Under the pieces are notes generated by a model. It worked only from the letters and a program-made list of their open reading frames with translations. It was not told the origin of the DNA and did no database searches. Made by a program: the position numbers and the translations under genes. A DNA stretch of 49,765 nucleotides, counting the filler, from Sphacelaria rigidula (Eukaryota), in assembly GCA_964200075.2 (NCBI GenBank). It is 3 parts of 3 records of this genome, joined end to end, with 100 filler letters (N's around TTAATTAATTAA, not from the genome) between each part and the next. Parts side by side here need not be neighbours in the genome. Positions count along the whole stretch, not along the records: positions 33,245 to 49,765 come from CAXNAA020001326.1; 2 more parts are not named here. The stretch is one strand, 5' to 3'. This document shows, piece by piece, positions 49,566-49,765 of this stretch (position 1 is the first letter of the stretch; each line of letters opens with the position of its first letter).

Positions 49566-49765
49566 ATTACCGCAGCACCGCCCTTCCTGGCATGTGTATG
49601 ACAGAGAATAGTAGTAGCGGTGACGGAAAGATTGCCCTATTTTTTTAACGACATGTTTTTCAGCGCACAGAGGCGCGTCCTGTCCAAAAGGAGAGGTGGA
49701 GAGAAATCGATCTTCGCGTTGGCGACAGGCAAGAAGAGACGACGGAATCTCTCCGCAGCTTCGTG

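Overview
Eukaryotic genomic DNA, intron-rich and repeat-rich. It is most likely from a brown alga or other stramenopile; this is inferred from gene structure and repeat style, not proven. The window is not contiguous. It is three contigs of almost identical length (1-16522, 16623-33144, 33245-49765; 16522/16522/16521 bp) joined by artificial 100-bp N44-TTAATTAATTAA-N44 linkers, so nothing should be linked across the gaps. Contig 2 holds a complete 10-coding-exon cytohesin/ARNO-like ARF-GEF gene (Sec7 + PH + second PH-like domain, about 911 aa, + strand). It converges on the last three exons of a CCA-adding enzyme (tRNA nucleotidyltransferase, - strand). Contig 1 holds a probable first coding exon of a Gly/Gln/Met-rich protein and several piggyBac-type MITEs. 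Contig 3 holds two exons of a class I SAM methyltransferase (Methyltransf_24-like), a decayed Copia LTR-PBS-gag remnant, tRNA-derived SINE-like repeats, a dense set of MITEs (TA and 4-bp TSD types) and degenerate short-unit arrays. Most ORFs in the six-frame track are spurious. I found no CRISPR, rRNA or intact tRNA gene, and no clearly novel multi-gene system. The best leads are the unusual GEF architecture and the non-autonomous transposon families.
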